A DNA stretch of 64,000 nt from Candidatus Hydrogenedentota bacterium (GCA_034669905.1 JAXMOL010000022.1:32001-96000); one strand, 5' to 3'. Positions 1 to 10,637 are shown, counted from the stretch's first letter. Numbers and translations are program-made. The notes: a model not told the origin generated them from the letters alone.

Positions 1-152
1 GTACGCAGGTGTGAATACCGACACGAAACATTTGACGGAAAGCTGAATAATTCTTATACTGGCCTCATAAGCGCTATCGGAATGCCGTAAGAAACCCGGC
101 ACCGCGATAGGCGCGGCAGAGCCCGTCCCGCAAGGGGTGTTGGAAAGGGAAG

Positions 153-1319
153 ATGGAACCCGAATCGTATCAACCGTACCCCTGGACGCAGTTTGCCCCC
201 CAACTGCCCTCACCCGGTGAATTTGCGATCCTGGTGCTCTACACGGGTGCCCTCGTTCTCGCCGGTAAACTCTTCAAGAGCTGGTGGACCCGGGACAACG
301 AAACTGTGCCAATCCCGGTCGCCCTCGGCATGGGTATCTCCATGATATTCATGTTCCTCCTCTTGATTGTGGCCTTCTACAACCGGTCTATCAGCAGCCA
401 GGAAATCATCAAAGTCGTCATGGAAGACGGCCGCGAGATGAATGCCATTACGCCCGACAGCCGCTATTTTGGCCTGCTGCTCTGGTGTATGATCGCCTTT
501 GTCTTTCCCCTCTTCTATTACGGCCTGATCATCGTCAATTCCTTCGCCTCCCGGGTCATTGATCGGGTCAGCCCCTTCGGAATGCAGATCCACGAGCCTT
601 CCGAGTTTGCGGAAGCCCGCAAGCTTGCGCTCCGGGGTGATGTGGATGGTGCGGTGAAACGCTACCGGGCCTATCTGGAAAATACCGAGGATGCCCTTTT
701 TGAAGCCGCCCGCTTGCTCAAATCCGAAGATCGCTTCGCCGAGGCCGCGGCCCTCTTTCAGGAAATCTCCGAACGCTTCTACGGAAAAAAACTCATTTGG
801 GCCGAAGCCACCTATCACCTCGCAAAACTGCGAGAAAGGCACCTCCACCAGGCATCCAAGGCTACGACACTCTTTGAACAGGTCATCGAACGCACGCCCG
901 ATTCCCGCTTCGGACAGTTGGCTCAAACCGAACTCGCGCGTATGAGTCATCTCTACGGCACGACCGATGCGCCGACCGAGAAGATCGATATCGCGCCACT
1001 GGACGACCCCTTCTACGACGATGAAGATACCCGCCGGCCACTCTCGGTCGAACCCCTGGGCGCCCAGGATAACGGACGACACCACACCTCGGAGTCGGAT
1101 CACGAAGATCTTGACGACCTCCCGGTACCGCCCGCGGACCCCTTCTACGCGGTCGCCCAGCGCAATCGGGAAGAAGCAGCCCGTCTGGAATTAGAGGCCC
1201 AAGAGGCCGATGCACCGAAGTCCGCAAAAAAAACGACGGCCCGCAAGAAGCCGGCGGCAACGAAAAAAGCGGCCGCCAAGAAGGCGCCTGCCAAGCGGAA
1301 AACCAAGCCTAAGAGTTGA
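153..1319 (+). CDS. Membrane-anchored TPR-like protein with acidic linker and Lys/Ala-rich C-terminal tail
   Basis: 388-aa ORF; 3 hydrophobic N-terminal segments, TPR-like helices (ALFEAARLL..AAALFQEI, ATYHLAKL..ATTLFEQVIERTPDSRFGQLA), KKPAATKKAAAKK tail; RBS-like GGAAAGGGAAG before ATG. Confidence 0.75.
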   Translation: MEPESYQPYPWTQFAPQLPSPGEFAILVLYTGALVLAGKLFKSWWTRDNETVPIPVALGMGISMIFMFLLLIVAFYNRSISSQEIIKVVMEDGREMNAITPDSRYFGLLLWCMIAFVFPLFYYGLIIVNSFASRVIDRVSPFGMQIHEPSEFAEARKLALRGDVDGAVKRYRAYLENTEDALFEAARLLKSEDRFAEAAALFQEISERFYGKKLIWAEATYHLAKLRERHLHQASKATTLFEQVIERTPDSRFGQLAQTELARMSHLYGTTDAPTEKIDIAPLDDPFYDDEDTRRPLSVEPLGAQDNGRHHTSESDHEDLDDLPVPPADPFYAVAQRNREEAARLELEAQEADAPKSAKKTTARKKPAATKKAAAKKAPAKRKTKPKS

Positions 1320-1352
1320 ACATCTACCCTTCCACGTTCGATTGAGTATTCC

Positions 1353-2087
1353 TTGTCTGTTCCCCGTCCCATTCAGATTTCCCGCGCACTCTCAACGGCA
1401 GTCGATGCGCTTCAATTCGGCACGCCGGTCACCCACGTCTACAACCCCCTGCGCTACGCACGCAAGAGCCACGAGCAGTACGTGCGTCGCTTTGCCCGCC
1501 CCCAGGTCGACGTCCTGCTGGTCGGGATGAACCCGGGCCCGTGGGGTATGGCACAAACCGGCGTACCCTTCGGCGAGATACCCCATGTACGTGACTGGAT
1601 GGGGATTTCAGCCTCCGTAGACCGCCCGGAGCGGGAACACCCGAAACGTCCTGTCGTCGGCTTTGCCTGCGAACGCAATGAAGTCAGCGGCGCCCGACTG
1701 TGGGGTTGGGCGAAAGCACGCTTTCACAAGCCGGAACACTTTTTCGAGCAATTCTACGTCCACAACTATTGCCCCTTGTGTTTTATGGAAGAAAGTGGAC
1801 GAAATTTCACCCCGGACAAGCTCAAGAAAGAGGAACGTCTCCCCCTTTTCACAGCCTGCGACACCGCCCTGGCCGATCTCGTGGCCTACCTCAAGCCATC
1901 CTATTTACTCGGTGTAGGCACCTTCGCGGAACAGCAGATCAAGCGGGCGATTCCCGATTACCCAGGCACTATCGGTCGAATTCTACACCCAAGTCCGGCC
2001 AGTCCCATTGCCAATAGAGGCTGGGCGAGTGCGGCCGAAAAAGACCTGGCTACCCTTGGCATCGCACTGCCCACCAGATCAAGCTAA
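1353..2087 (+). CDS. SMUG1-family (family 3) uracil-DNA glycosylase
   Basis: Motifs VYNPLRYA, GMNPGPWGMAQTGVPFG, EVSGARLWG, NYCPL, HPSPASP typical of SMUG1; TTG start uncertain. Confidence 0.9.
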   Translation: MSVPRPIQISRALSTAVDALQFGTPVTHVYNPLRYARKSHEQYVRRFARPQVDVLLVGMNPGPWGMAQTGVPFGEIPHVRDWMGISASVDRPEREHPKRPVVGFACERNEVSGARLWGWAKARFHKPEHFFEQFYVHNYCPLCFMEESGRNFTPDKLKKEERLPLFTACDTALADLVAYLKPSYLLGVGTFAEQQIKRAIPDYPGTIGRILHPSPASPIANRGWASAAEKDLATLGIALPTRSS

Positions 2088-2162
2088 CGCCCCGCACGAC
2101 CCATTTAGTATACTTCCCTTGGTCGCGCATCCGGCAAGCGCCGATGTCTGGAGATTGCCCAC

Positions 2163-3605
2163 TTGCCTCAGAAGCTTTTCGCAGGAATTATCGGGGTGGG
2201 GTTGGCATGGAGTGTGGGCATTTCTGCGGCTGCCGCTTCCTTTGTCAATATCGCCCCCCAAATGTCCTACCTCGAGACAGAACGGGACGCCTACACGATT
2301 GACACCATTCAGGACGAGCGCGTCCTTTCCACCTTTCACCCCCTCCGTGATCCACGCTTTGCCATTGGCTATACCGGCGGCAAGGATCACTGGTTTACCA
2401 TCGACATTGATCTTAACCGCACAACGGGCTGGCACGTCCTGGAGCTCTACAACCCCCGACTCGGCGAGGCGGTCCTCTACCAGCCCGATGCAGAGGGAAA
2501 CTACTACGCCACGGAACTGGGGGCCCGCCATCCCTTCTGGAAACGTCATATCGCCGGACTGACGCCAGCCTTTCCCGTCCGCATTGATACCCGGGAGCCT
2601 GCCCGATACTATCTACGGGTGCGGCACTACGGGTCACTGCGATTTGAGGCCCGGCTGTGGGAGCTCGACGATTTCAACCGAAGTGCCAATCGCTTCCTGT
2701 CGTTCTACCTCGTCTTGTCTGGCGCCCTGCTGACCCTCGCCATATTCAACCTCAGCGTCTTTTTTCAGCTTCGGAAGGCGAATTATCTTTGGCTCGGCCT
2801 TTTTCTTGGCGCATTGAACTTCAATCTCATGGCCAACTCGGGCACGGCCAACATGTTACTTTGGCCAACGCCCTCGTGGATTAAATTCCACAGCATGCCC
2901 ATCACCGACCTCTTGACGATTTGGACCGGCATCGCCTTCTGCAACACCTTCCTGAAAAACGCCCCGGGTGCCCCTTTCCTGACCCGCCTGAATCTTCTTG
3001 CCGGGTTGATCGCGTTTCTGGGCCTGCTCGGGACCCTGTTTCTTATCACAAGTGCATTCTATCTTCTCTTTCTGGGTGGGGTATTAGCACCGGTTGCGGT
3101 GACCATCATGGCGTTTCGCGCCGCCATGGCACGACAGCCATACGCCCTGGGATTCCTCGCGTGTTGGGGACTGCTTCTCGCCGCCGTCGTATTTTCCTGC
3201 CTCCAAGGCCCGGGACTCATGCCGGCAACACCCTTCACCGAGAACTTTCTCTTCATAGCCGCCTTTCCGGCCGCTGTCGGCTGGTCCTTTACCCTGATCA
3301 GTCAGGTCAGGCAAAAAATCCACGACGAGCGGATAGCACTCGAGCAGGAATTAGCGGCCAACAGTTCGAAACTTCGGGATGCCCTCGAGGAAGTCGAGAC
3401 CCTCCACGAGCTCTTGCCCATTTGCTGCAACTGTAAGAAAATTCGGGATGATTCCGGGTACTGGCAACATGTGGAGACTTATTTTCGCACCCACATGGAA
3501 ACGGATTTCAGCCATGGGATATGTCCGGACTGTGCAACCAATCTGTACCCCGAATATTTTCCAGAGTCCCGCAAACCCCAACCCCCTGCCCCACCGGAAT
3601 CATGA
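2163..3605 (+). CDS. 7TM-DISM sensor-domain membrane protein with C-terminal Cys4 module
   Basis: Signal peptide, DISMED2-like segment (HWFTIDI..LELYNPRL..YYLRVRHYGSL), about 7 TM helices, coiled coil, then LPICCNCKKIRDDSGYWQHVETYF..FSHGICPDC. Confidence 0.8.
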   Translation: MPQKLFAGIIGVGLAWSVGISAAAASFVNIAPQMSYLETERDAYTIDTIQDERVLSTFHPLRDPRFAIGYTGGKDHWFTIDIDLNRTTGWHVLELYNPRLGEAVLYQPDAEGNYYATELGARHPFWKRHIAGLTPAFPVRIDTREPARYYLRVRHYGSLRFEARLWELDDFNRSANRFLSFYLVLSGALLTLAIFNLSVFFQLRKANYLWLGLFLGALNFNLMANSGTANMLLWPTPSWIKFHSMPITDLLTIWTGIAFCNTFLKNAPGAPFLTRLNLLAGLIAFLGLLGTLFLITSAFYLLFLGGVLAPVAVTIMAFRAAMARQPYALGFLACWGLLLAAVVFSCLQGPGLMPATPFTENFLFIAAFPAAVGWSFTLISQVRQKIHDERIALEQELAANSSKLRDALEEVETLHELLPICCNCKKIRDDSGYWQHVETYFRTHMETDFSHGICPDCATNLYPEYFPESRKPQPPAPPES

Positions 3606-4381
3606 ACGCCACGCGTACCCGAACAGAATCCCTATGTAAAGAGATGAAACATCTGGGCCTCTCCCCGGGAGACTCCGTCCTCGTGCACAGCTCCTTGAGT
3701 GCCATGGGCTGGATAGAAGGCGGGGCGTCCACCGTGGTTGAAGCCCTGCTCATGGCGGTAGCGCCTGGGGGCACCATACTCTTCCCCACCCTGACGGGGA
3801 AGGCTTCCGATAGTCCACAACACCGTCCCTGCTGTGACCACCGTCAACGGACTACCTGGTGTGGCGCCATCCCCTGCGCGGCACTTCAGCACCCGGCATG
3901 CCACCGAAGCATCCACCCCACCCACGCCGTTGCCGCAATAGGTCCCAACGCGGCGCAGTATACAACGGGCCATCCGTCCGCCTTGAGTCCCTGTGGAACG
4001 GGCAGTCCATACACGCGACTGGCCGAGGCCGGTGGTCACATCCTGCTGCTGGGGGTCAACCACAATGCGAACACAACCTTTCATACCGCCGAAGAACTCG
4101 TCGATGCCCCCTATGTCGCCTATCCAGGCCGTTATCCGTGCCCCGTCATCGATTTACAGGGGGACTGCCACGAGATCATGACTCCCATTCATCGGTGGAA
4201 CCGCCCCCGTTGTTTTGAGGATTGGCACGAACGACTCGTCGCGGCCGGCATCGTCCGGGAAGGCCTCATCGCGGCAGCTTCTTGCCGGCTGATGGGGGCG
4301 CAGGCCCTCATCCAATGGCTCGTGGCGCAGCTTCAACACGACCCCCGAGCCCTGCTTGCGCCCGGCACACCCTATCCCTGA
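3602..4381 (+). CDS. AAC(3)/YokD-family N-acetyltransferase
   Basis: LGLSPGDSVLVHSSLSAMGWIEGG, RSIHPTHAVAAIG, SPY, ILLLGVNHNANTTFHTAEE; ATG at 3602 overlaps upstream TGA (ATGA). Confidence 0.85.
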   Translation: MNATRTRTESLCKEMKHLGLSPGDSVLVHSSLSAMGWIEGGASTVVEALLMAVAPGGTILFPTLTGKASDSPQHRPCCDHRQRTTWCGAIPCAALQHPACHRSIHPTHAVAAIGPNAAQYTTGHPSALSPCGTGSPYTRLAEAGGHILLLGVNHNANTTFHTAEELVDAPYVAYPGRYPCPVIDLQGDCHEIMTPIHRWNRPRCFEDWHERLVAAGIVREGLIAAASCRLMGAQALIQWLVAQLQHDPRALLAPGTPYP

Positions 4382-4412
4382 ACAGACCGCGCTGCTTCCA
4401 TGCAAACCGCGG

Positions 4413-5933
4413 CTAAAAGATGCCGCGGTTATCCCGCGTGTTTCGCGGCAGGGAATCCAGGGGCACCTGCACATTCAGCTGGGGCAAATCATTGGCCTCA
4501 AGATCGGAAATATTCTGGACCACGTCGAGGAAGCGGTCGCCTTCCTCGGGCGCTATAATGCCGCTGGTCAGGGTTTCAAATTTGCGGATATACTCGGGCC
4601 GTTTCCAGGGCTTGGCGCCAAGAGAATGGGCGTTCGCCACCGCCATTTCATCCACGATGGTGCTTCCATCATTGAAACGTATTTCGACGCGCCCCCCAAA
4701 GGCCTTCTCGTTGGGATCACTCGCGTGATAGCGACGCGTCCATTCTTCATCTTCCACCGTACTGATCTTGTGCCAAAGCTCGACCGTGTCGGGCCGGGAT
4801 GCCCGCTCGCGGGAATAGCTCGCCACATGGTGCCAGGCACCATCCTGCAGGGCCACGGCGAAAATATACATGATGCTGTGGTCGAGGGTTTCCCGGCTCG
4901 CGTTGGGATCGAGTTTCTGGGGGTCATTGGCTCCCGTTCCGATCACATAATGGGTGTGGTGACTCGTGTGAATGGTGATATGCTCAATCGCATCGAAGTC
5001 ACCAATTTTTTCCCGCATTTTGAAGGCCAGATCGATGAGCGCCTGGCTTTGATACTCGGCCGAATGCTGTTTGGTGTACGACTCCAGGATGGACCGATGG
5101 GGCTCGTCTTTTTCGGGAAGGGTCACGGTATACCGGGCTTCCGCCCCATCGAGCATATACGCAATGACGCTGTCTTCCCCTTCATAGATGGGGGCTGGAC
5201 TCTTCTCGCCGCGCATGGCCCGGTCAACGGCTTCAATCGCCAGTTTCCCCGCGTGGGCCGGGGCATAGGCCTTCCAGCTTGAAATCTCCCCCTTACGGGA
5301 CTGTCGTGTGGTGAAGGATACGTGTACGGCCTGCTGAACCGCTTGCAGGACTACCCCATGCTCCAGGCCGAGCAAGGTCCCGATTCCAACCGCCTGCGCC
5401 GGGCAGAGGTGGGCAATATGATCTTTCTTGTGGGCGTGGAGACAGATGGCCTTCACGAGACTGATCTGAACCTCGTAGGCCGCGAGCACGGCCCGCACCA
5501 AGTCCGCACCACTCAAACCCTGACTCGCACCGCACTGCTGGGCCACCGCCAGTATCGGCGGTATATTGTCGCCCGGGTGGGAGTAATCGGCCGCAAGAAA
5601 GGTATCGTGCATGTCCAACTCGCGCACGGCCGTCCCGTTGGCCCAGGCTGCCCACTCGGCATCAAAGGTTTGCTCGATGGGCATGCCAAATACCGAAGCG
5701 CCGCGGGAACGAGGGTGGCACAAGGCCTGACTGCGGGCATTGGCCACGGGCGCTCGACTGATGGCGGCAATGGCAACTGCCGCGTTGTCGATAAAGCGAT
5801 TAATCACCATCTCCCGCGCTTCCGGATCGATTTCACTTCGGTGGGTAGCCAAGGCGGCCAGGTGATGGGCCAACTGGTCCTCGCGCGGAAGTGCTACTTT
5901 GGAGGGATAGACGCTTACGTCATAGGATTTCAT
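4413..5933 (-). CDS. prpD: MmgE/PrpD-family 2-methylcitrate dehydratase
   Basis: [65 protein letters not shown]; start placed at MKSYDV (track extends to 5990). Confidence 0.88.
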   Translation of the reverse strand: MKSYDVSVYPSKVALPREDQLAHHLAALATHRSEIDPEAREMVINRFIDNAAVAIAAISRAPVANARSQALCHPRSRGASVFGMPIEQTFDAEWAAWANGTAVRELDMHDTFLAADYSHPGDNIPPILAVAQQCGASQGLSGADLVRAVLAAYEVQISLVKAICLHAHKKDHIAHLCPAQAVGIGTLLGLEHGVVLQAVQQAVHVSFTTRQSRKGEISSWKAYAPAHAGKLAIEAVDRAMRGEKSPAPIYEGEDSVIAYMLDGAEARYTVTLPEKDEPHRSILESYTKQHSAEYQSQALIDLAFKMREKIGDFDAIEHITIHTSHHTHYVIGTGANDPQKLDPNASRETLDHSIMYIFAVALQDGAWHHVASYSRERASRPDTVELWHKISTVEDEEWTRRYHASDPNEKAFGGRVEIRFNDGSTIVDEMAVANAHSLGAKPWKRPEYIRKFETLTSGIIAPEEGDRFLDVVQNISDLEANDLPQLNVQVPLDSLPRNTRDNRGIF

Positions 5934-6114
5934 CGCGTTTTTTCCTGAATCAGTTGGACCTGTCGGGCCGATGGGAGTCAATAGCGCCATAATTCGGGGA
6001 TGCGAAGTCCCGCCTTATGAGACTGCTGCAGGCAGATGACCGACGCCAGATTGATGATGGTTGGAGTGTAACCGATTCCTGCGCAATCGTTCCAACTCGG
6101 TGCCACCCCCGCAC

Positions 6115-7554
6115 TTAGAAATCCACCTGCACACGGGACTGGAGAATTTCGAGGTCCCCGTCATACAGGGCATTGTCAATCTGGGCGTAGATGTAGTTGA
6201 CCATGATGCGGGTGTTGGCGTTCAGGTACCAGTTGACCCCGAGGGTCAGGTTGTCCTCGGAGCCCCCCCGAACCGGCCCGTCATCCAGATCCACATGGGA
6301 ATAACGCGCCGCGAGTTCCCACGCCCCCCAACCACGGTTCTCGCCACGCCAGGCAAAGGGATCTTCCGGTATCACCCGCCAGAAGGCCCCGTTTTTGTAG
6401 GGACGCTGTTCACCGGTAAGGATCCAGGACAGGGCACCATAATAGCCCGAAAAACGGCGCTTGCCATAGTCGGTCGTTTCCACTTCTGCCGCGATGTATT
6501 CTCCCTGGAGCGATACCGCACCGTGCACCACGGCCCCTTCCAACCCATACGTGAAGAGTCGGGTCGTATCCAGGGCCCCCGTATTTACATAGCGCTGCGC
6601 CAGATAGGACTCGGGGCGCTGACGGAAAGTAATCTCGCCGTCGGGGTTTCGGCGGGAAAGGTTCAGGCCCAGGTGGACCAGACTGCGCCCATCCTCAGAG
6701 GCCCAGGGGACCCCCGTCAACCGGGCAGTATACCCATAGCCTGCCGCCTCATTGCTGTCATTATCCGATGGCCAGAAGTCGGTGGTCTTGAATATCCCGA
6801 CCACCCCATAGAGCCGATTATTCAGGGCTGATTTCTCCACCGTAATCCCCGTATTAAAGCTGGGCGTGAAGACGTTGACCAGGGAACGCTCCATGAAGGT
6901 CATGTAGGAATTGGAGGTCATTTCTTCCAGGGAGAACGGCTCTTGGAAATGGCCGATGCGCACCTTGTCAAAGAGGGGGACATCTTTAAAATCGATGAAA
7001 ACATCCCGAAACTGCCCCCCATCGTTTCCCGGCGAGTTGACGGCAAAATCATATTGGGCCTTGAAGCCAATGTGCTCGTAAATCGTTCCGCGAACGGACA
7101 GGCGCGCGCGACGAAAGGCCACCCCATCGTCTTCATCGCCCAAGCCAAAATCGGGATTCAAGGCAGCCAGCCGTTCCCAACGCTCGTCCGCATCGAAGAA
7201 GGCCATATCAAATTGGGTCCTCCCCCCGACGCGAATATCGAAGGCACCATCGTCTGAACGAAACTGGAGACCGTTATTGAAGTAGGCGTGCAGGCGTTGG
7301 GGGCCATCCGTCTTGGCAGAATCCACCGGCGGGGATGCCACTTCGGTCGCCGTCTCCGAGGAAGCCTCGGGTGATGGGGAGGCCGCCCCCTGAAGTTCCT
7401 GAACCAGTCGTTCCATCGTTGCGAGGCGCTGCTCAAGGGATTCCACCCGTTGTTGAAGCGCCTCTTTCTCTGCATCCTGCGCCACGATGGGACTTGAAAC
7501 CAAAACGCTGAGGCCCAAAATAGTCAGGAGGTAAAATCGGGTAACAATTCGCAT
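6115..7554 (-). CDS. OprO/OprP-family phosphate-selective porin
   Basis: Signal peptide, coiled coil, FRRARL, GHFQEPFSLEEMTS..FMERS, GAWELAARYSHVDL, LGVNWYLN, C-terminal F. Confidence 0.9.
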   Translation of the reverse strand: MRIVTRFYLLTILGLSVLVSSPIVAQDAEKEALQQRVESLEQRLATMERLVQELQGAASPSPEASSETATEVASPPVDSAKTDGPQRLHAYFNNGLQFRSDDGAFDIRVGGRTQFDMAFFDADERWERLAALNPDFGLGDEDDGVAFRRARLSVRGTIYEHIGFKAQYDFAVNSPGNDGGQFRDVFIDFKDVPLFDKVRIGHFQEPFSLEEMTSNSYMTFMERSLVNVFTPSFNTGITVEKSALNNRLYGVVGIFKTTDFWPSDNDSNEAAGYGYTARLTGVPWASEDGRSLVHLGLNLSRRNPDGEITFRQRPESYLAQRYVNTGALDTTRLFTYGLEGAVVHGAVSLQGEYIAAEVETTDYGKRRFSGYYGALSWILTGEQRPYKNGAFWRVIPEDPFAWRGENRGWGAWELAARYSHVDLDDGPVRGGSEDNLTLGVNWYLNANTRIMVNYIYAQIDNALYDGDLEILQSRVQVDF

Positions 7555-7762
7555 TTTTGTACTCCAAAGAGCACAGACACAGGGTCACGACACCCAGAGC
7601 AGTAGTATACGCTTCGGGGGTGAAACCCTTCAAGAAACGGGGAAAAAACACCGAAAGTTTGACCCTTCTGGGACGCGACAACGTACCCCATAGCGTCCAC
7701 CTTGCACCGCGCCCCCGGCGCACCGCATACTCTATCCAGCACGACGCAAAGGAGAGTTGCAC

Positions 7763-9229
7763 ATGCAAAAAGTGGACTTGATGGTAATCGGCTCGGGCCC
7801 TGCGGGTCAGCGCGCAGCCATTCAGGCGGTCAAGTTGGGGAAAAAAGTACTCGTCGCAGAAAAAAAACAGGTACTCGGTGGCGTTTGCACCAACACCGGG
7901 ACGATTCCCAGCAAGACCTTACGCGAGGCCATCATTCACTTTACCGGCCTCCGCCACCGTGCCGTCTACGGACGTAGCTTCCACATCAAGCACGACATCT
8001 CCTTCGCCGATCTAAATCAGCGGGTCAACCGTGTCGTTTCCCACGAGAACGAAGTCGCCCGAAGCCGGCTGCTGCGCACCGGCGTTGACGTGGCCTATGG
8101 ACTCGCTTCCTTTGAGTCCCCCAATGTGGTCGGCGTAGACACGATAAACGGTCGCCAGTTGGTGGAAGCCAAAAAGATCCTGATTAGCGTCGGCACCGTC
8201 CCCTACCGGGCGGATCGCGTGCCCTTCAACAACCGGACCATCATCGACACCGACAGTATCTTTGGCGAAGGCTTCAGCCTCGACAAGATGCCTCGGAGCA
8301 TGCTGATTGTGGGTGCCGGTGTCATTGGTACGGAGTACGCCTGCATGTTTTCCGCCATGGGGGTGGATGTACGCCTGCTGGATCGCCGCACCGAATTGTT
8401 CCGCTTTGTGGATCGCGAAATCTGCGAGGCCCTGACCTACCATATGCGTGATGAGCGGGTGACCCTCTATCTCGGTAAAGATTTTACCAAGGTCCAGGAA
8501 GACGCCCACGGCAACGTGGTGACCACCTTGGAAAATGGCCGGGAAATCAAGACGGATATGTTTATGTTCGCCTCCGGCCGCTCCGGGGCGACCGAAGGTC
8601 TGAACCTGGAGGCCGCGGGTCTCGCGGCCAACAGTCGGGGCCTGATTGATGTCAACGAAAACCTTCAGACTATCGTACCCCACATTTACGCCGCTGGCGA
8701 TATCGTGGGATTCCCGGCGTTGGCATCCACTTCCATGGAGCAGGGAAGGCTGGCCGCCTGTCACGCTTTCGGCGTCCCCTTTTTCTCCGACAACGAGTTG
8801 CTCCCCTACGGCATCTACACTATTCCCGAAATCTCGATGGTCGGCAAGACCGAGCACGAACTGAGTGAAGAGGGTACCCCCTATGAAGTCGGTATCGCGC
8901 GCTATCGGGAAGTAGCCAAAGGGCAGATAATGGGGGACGAAACGGGAATGTTGAAGCTGGTATTTCACCAGAAGACCGGCCGCCTCCTCGGCGTTCATAT
9001 CATGGGCGATGGGGCGTCGGAGTTATTGCACATCGGCCAGGCCGTTATGGCCTTCGGCGGCTCCATCAGCTACTTCATCGACACCGTCTTCAATTACCCC
9101 ACCCTCGCCGAAGCCTATAAGATCGCGGCCCTGAACGGGCTGAAACGACTGGGCGCACAAGGGCACGCGGAAATCCATGAAACGACGCCTTCGGTGTCCA
9201 GCCCAGCCCCCGTCGCTCCAGAAGAATAG
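7763..9229 (+). CDS. sthA: Soluble (Si-specific) pyridine nucleotide transhydrogenase
   Basis: VIGSGPAGQRAA, GGVCTNTGTIPSKTLRE (single Cys), GFPALASTSMEQGR, FNYPTLAEAYKIAALNG; RBS GGAGAG before ATG 7763. Confidence 0.92.
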   Translation: MQKVDLMVIGSGPAGQRAAIQAVKLGKKVLVAEKKQVLGGVCTNTGTIPSKTLREAIIHFTGLRHRAVYGRSFHIKHDISFADLNQRVNRVVSHENEVARSRLLRTGVDVAYGLASFESPNVVGVDTINGRQLVEAKKILISVGTVPYRADRVPFNNRTIIDTDSIFGEGFSLDKMPRSMLIVGAGVIGTEYACMFSAMGVDVRLLDRRTELFRFVDREICEALTYHMRDERVTLYLGKDFTKVQEDAHGNVVTTLENGREIKTDMFMFASGRSGATEGLNLEAAGLAANSRGLIDVNENLQTIVPHIYAAGDIVGFPALASTSMEQGRLAACHAFGVPFFSDNELLPYGIYTIPEISMVGKTEHELSEEGTPYEVGIARYREVAKGQIMGDETGMLKLVFHQKTGRLLGVHIMGDGASELLHIGQAVMAFGGSISYFIDTVFNYPTLAEAYKIAALNGLKRLGAQGHAEIHETTPSVSSPAPVAPEE

Positions 9230-9245
9230 GCGTCGGCCCGGGGGC

Positions 9246-9392
9246 TCAGACGCCGATACCCAGTGCATTGGTGATATGTATGAGGCCGGGAATTTCGAAT
9301 CCAAATACTTTTGCCACGACCGCCAGCAAGACGATGACCAGAACGAGCGCGAAGAGCGCCGCAAACGTTTCACGAATTTTAACCATTTTCAT
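9246..9392 (-). CDS. Small 48-aa single-TM membrane protein (below ORF-track cutoff)
   Basis: Hand translation MKMVKIRETFAALFALVLVIVLLAVVAKVFGFEIPGLIHITNALGIGV*; RBS AAAGGTGG 7 nt upstream; fills the gap after sthA. Confidence 0.65.
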   Translation of the reverse strand: MKMVKIRETFAALFALVLVIVLLAVVAKVFGFEIPGLIHITNALGIGV

Positions 9393-9674
9393 ATCAAAAC
9401 CACCTTTGTCGCAGGACTGACCTATCAGAACGAGGAACCGTGCGATTCCGTCTCTGATCCTGCCCTACGTCGTATTCCCATAGCAAGCCCCTGCGGGCCA
9501 TTGAGGAGAAAATACGCAATTTTAAAAAGATTTCCGGTATAATGAGCGGGTGTAACAATTGGGACTACGGGGAAGTCTAAACAATGTTGGTAAGTCACGT
9601 ACGGCGGGCGTTGATCGTAGAAAGTTTACATGGGTACGTACGCATTTCAGGGCAGTCGTTTGGAAGGCAAGGGT

Positions 9675-10577
9675 ATGGCGAACATTCTCGTCGTTGATGA
9701 CGACACACGCATCACCACATTCTTATGTGAGCAACTAACTGGCAAAGGTCACAATTGCACCTTTAAGTCCCGGGGAGAACCCGCCCTCGAGAGTGTGGTC
9801 CAGAACCCGGTGGATTTGTTGATTCTGGATGTCATGCTGCCGGACGTGTCCGGATTTGAGGTGTGTCGCCGCATCCGCGCCAATACCGATCTTTACACTC
9901 TGCCCATTCTTCTCCTCTCCTCCATGAACTCGGAAGAAGAAATTGCCCATGGTCTGGCCCAAGGGGCCGACGACTACGTGACAAAACCCTTCAACACGTC
10001 TGCGCTGATCGGGCGCATTGAAAATCTGTTGGCGACCAATCTGTCCGCCCCCCTCACGGATGACATGACCGGACTGCCCACTGCAAAGAGCGTCAAGCTC
10101 GAAATCCAGAAGTCCATCACCGATCGAACCCACTTCATCATTGGGTATATCGAACTGATTCGTATCAATGAGTTCTTCAAGGATGCCGGACGGGATGCCC
10201 AGGCCAAGGCCTTGCGCCACTTCGGGCGCTGCCTCCACATGTGCGCACGGGAAATAAAACCCAAGTTTTTCTCTATCGGACACATGGGTGGCGGTCACTT
10301 CGTCTATATTATCTCCCCCGAGCATTCCCAGCCTTACAGTGAACGGGTGGTCCATGTCTGGCAGAAGCACCGGACCCGCTTCCTGGAAGAACTGGGGAAA
10401 CCCGCTCAGTTGAAGGCCTGGCAACAGCATAAAACGCTGGAGTTACTCATGTGCATCACGAAGCGGGATTCGGATAGCAAAGCCAGCTCCCGGGATCTCT
10501 TTGAGATTCTCTCCCACCTGCGCACCAAGGCCTCGCAAAACGGACAGACCGGCCTGGTGGCCGATCGGCGCATTTAG
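9675..10577 (+). CDS. Response regulator (REC) with degenerate GGDEF-like domain
   Basis: ILVVDDD, DLLILDVMLPDVSGFEVC, GADDYVTKPF; then DDMTGLP and GHMGGGHF in place of GGDDF; start MANILV (alternative 9630). Confidence 0.85.
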   Translation: MANILVVDDDTRITTFLCEQLTGKGHNCTFKSRGEPALESVVQNPVDLLILDVMLPDVSGFEVCRRIRANTDLYTLPILLLSSMNSEEEIAHGLAQGADDYVTKPFNTSALIGRIENLLATNLSAPLTDDMTGLPTAKSVKLEIQKSITDRTHFIIGYIELIRINEFFKDAGRDAQAKALRHFGRCLHMCAREIKPKFFSIGHMGGGHFVYIISPEHSQPYSERVVHVWQKHRTRFLEELGKPAQLKAWQQHKTLELLMCITKRDSDSKASSRDLFEILSHLRTKASQNGQTGLVADRRI

Positions 10578-10607
10578 TTTGTCCCCCCATTAATCCGGGC
10601 GGAAACG

Positions 10608-10637
10608 TTGCAATTCACCCGCCGAAAGCCCTATGAT
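10608..10637 (+). promoter_or_regulatory. Putative sigma70 promoter for the aminotransferase
   Basis: TTGCAA-18bp-TATGAT, followed by hairpin GGATGGGG/CCCCATCC. Confidence 0.4.

Noticed and set aside
3602..4381. Acquired aminoglycoside-resistance gene
   Set aside because: AAC(3)/YokD family includes many non-resistance enzymes; chromosomal context with no mobility signal
4413..5933. Complete methylcitrate operon
   Set aside because: Only prpD is present; prpB and prpC are not in the window
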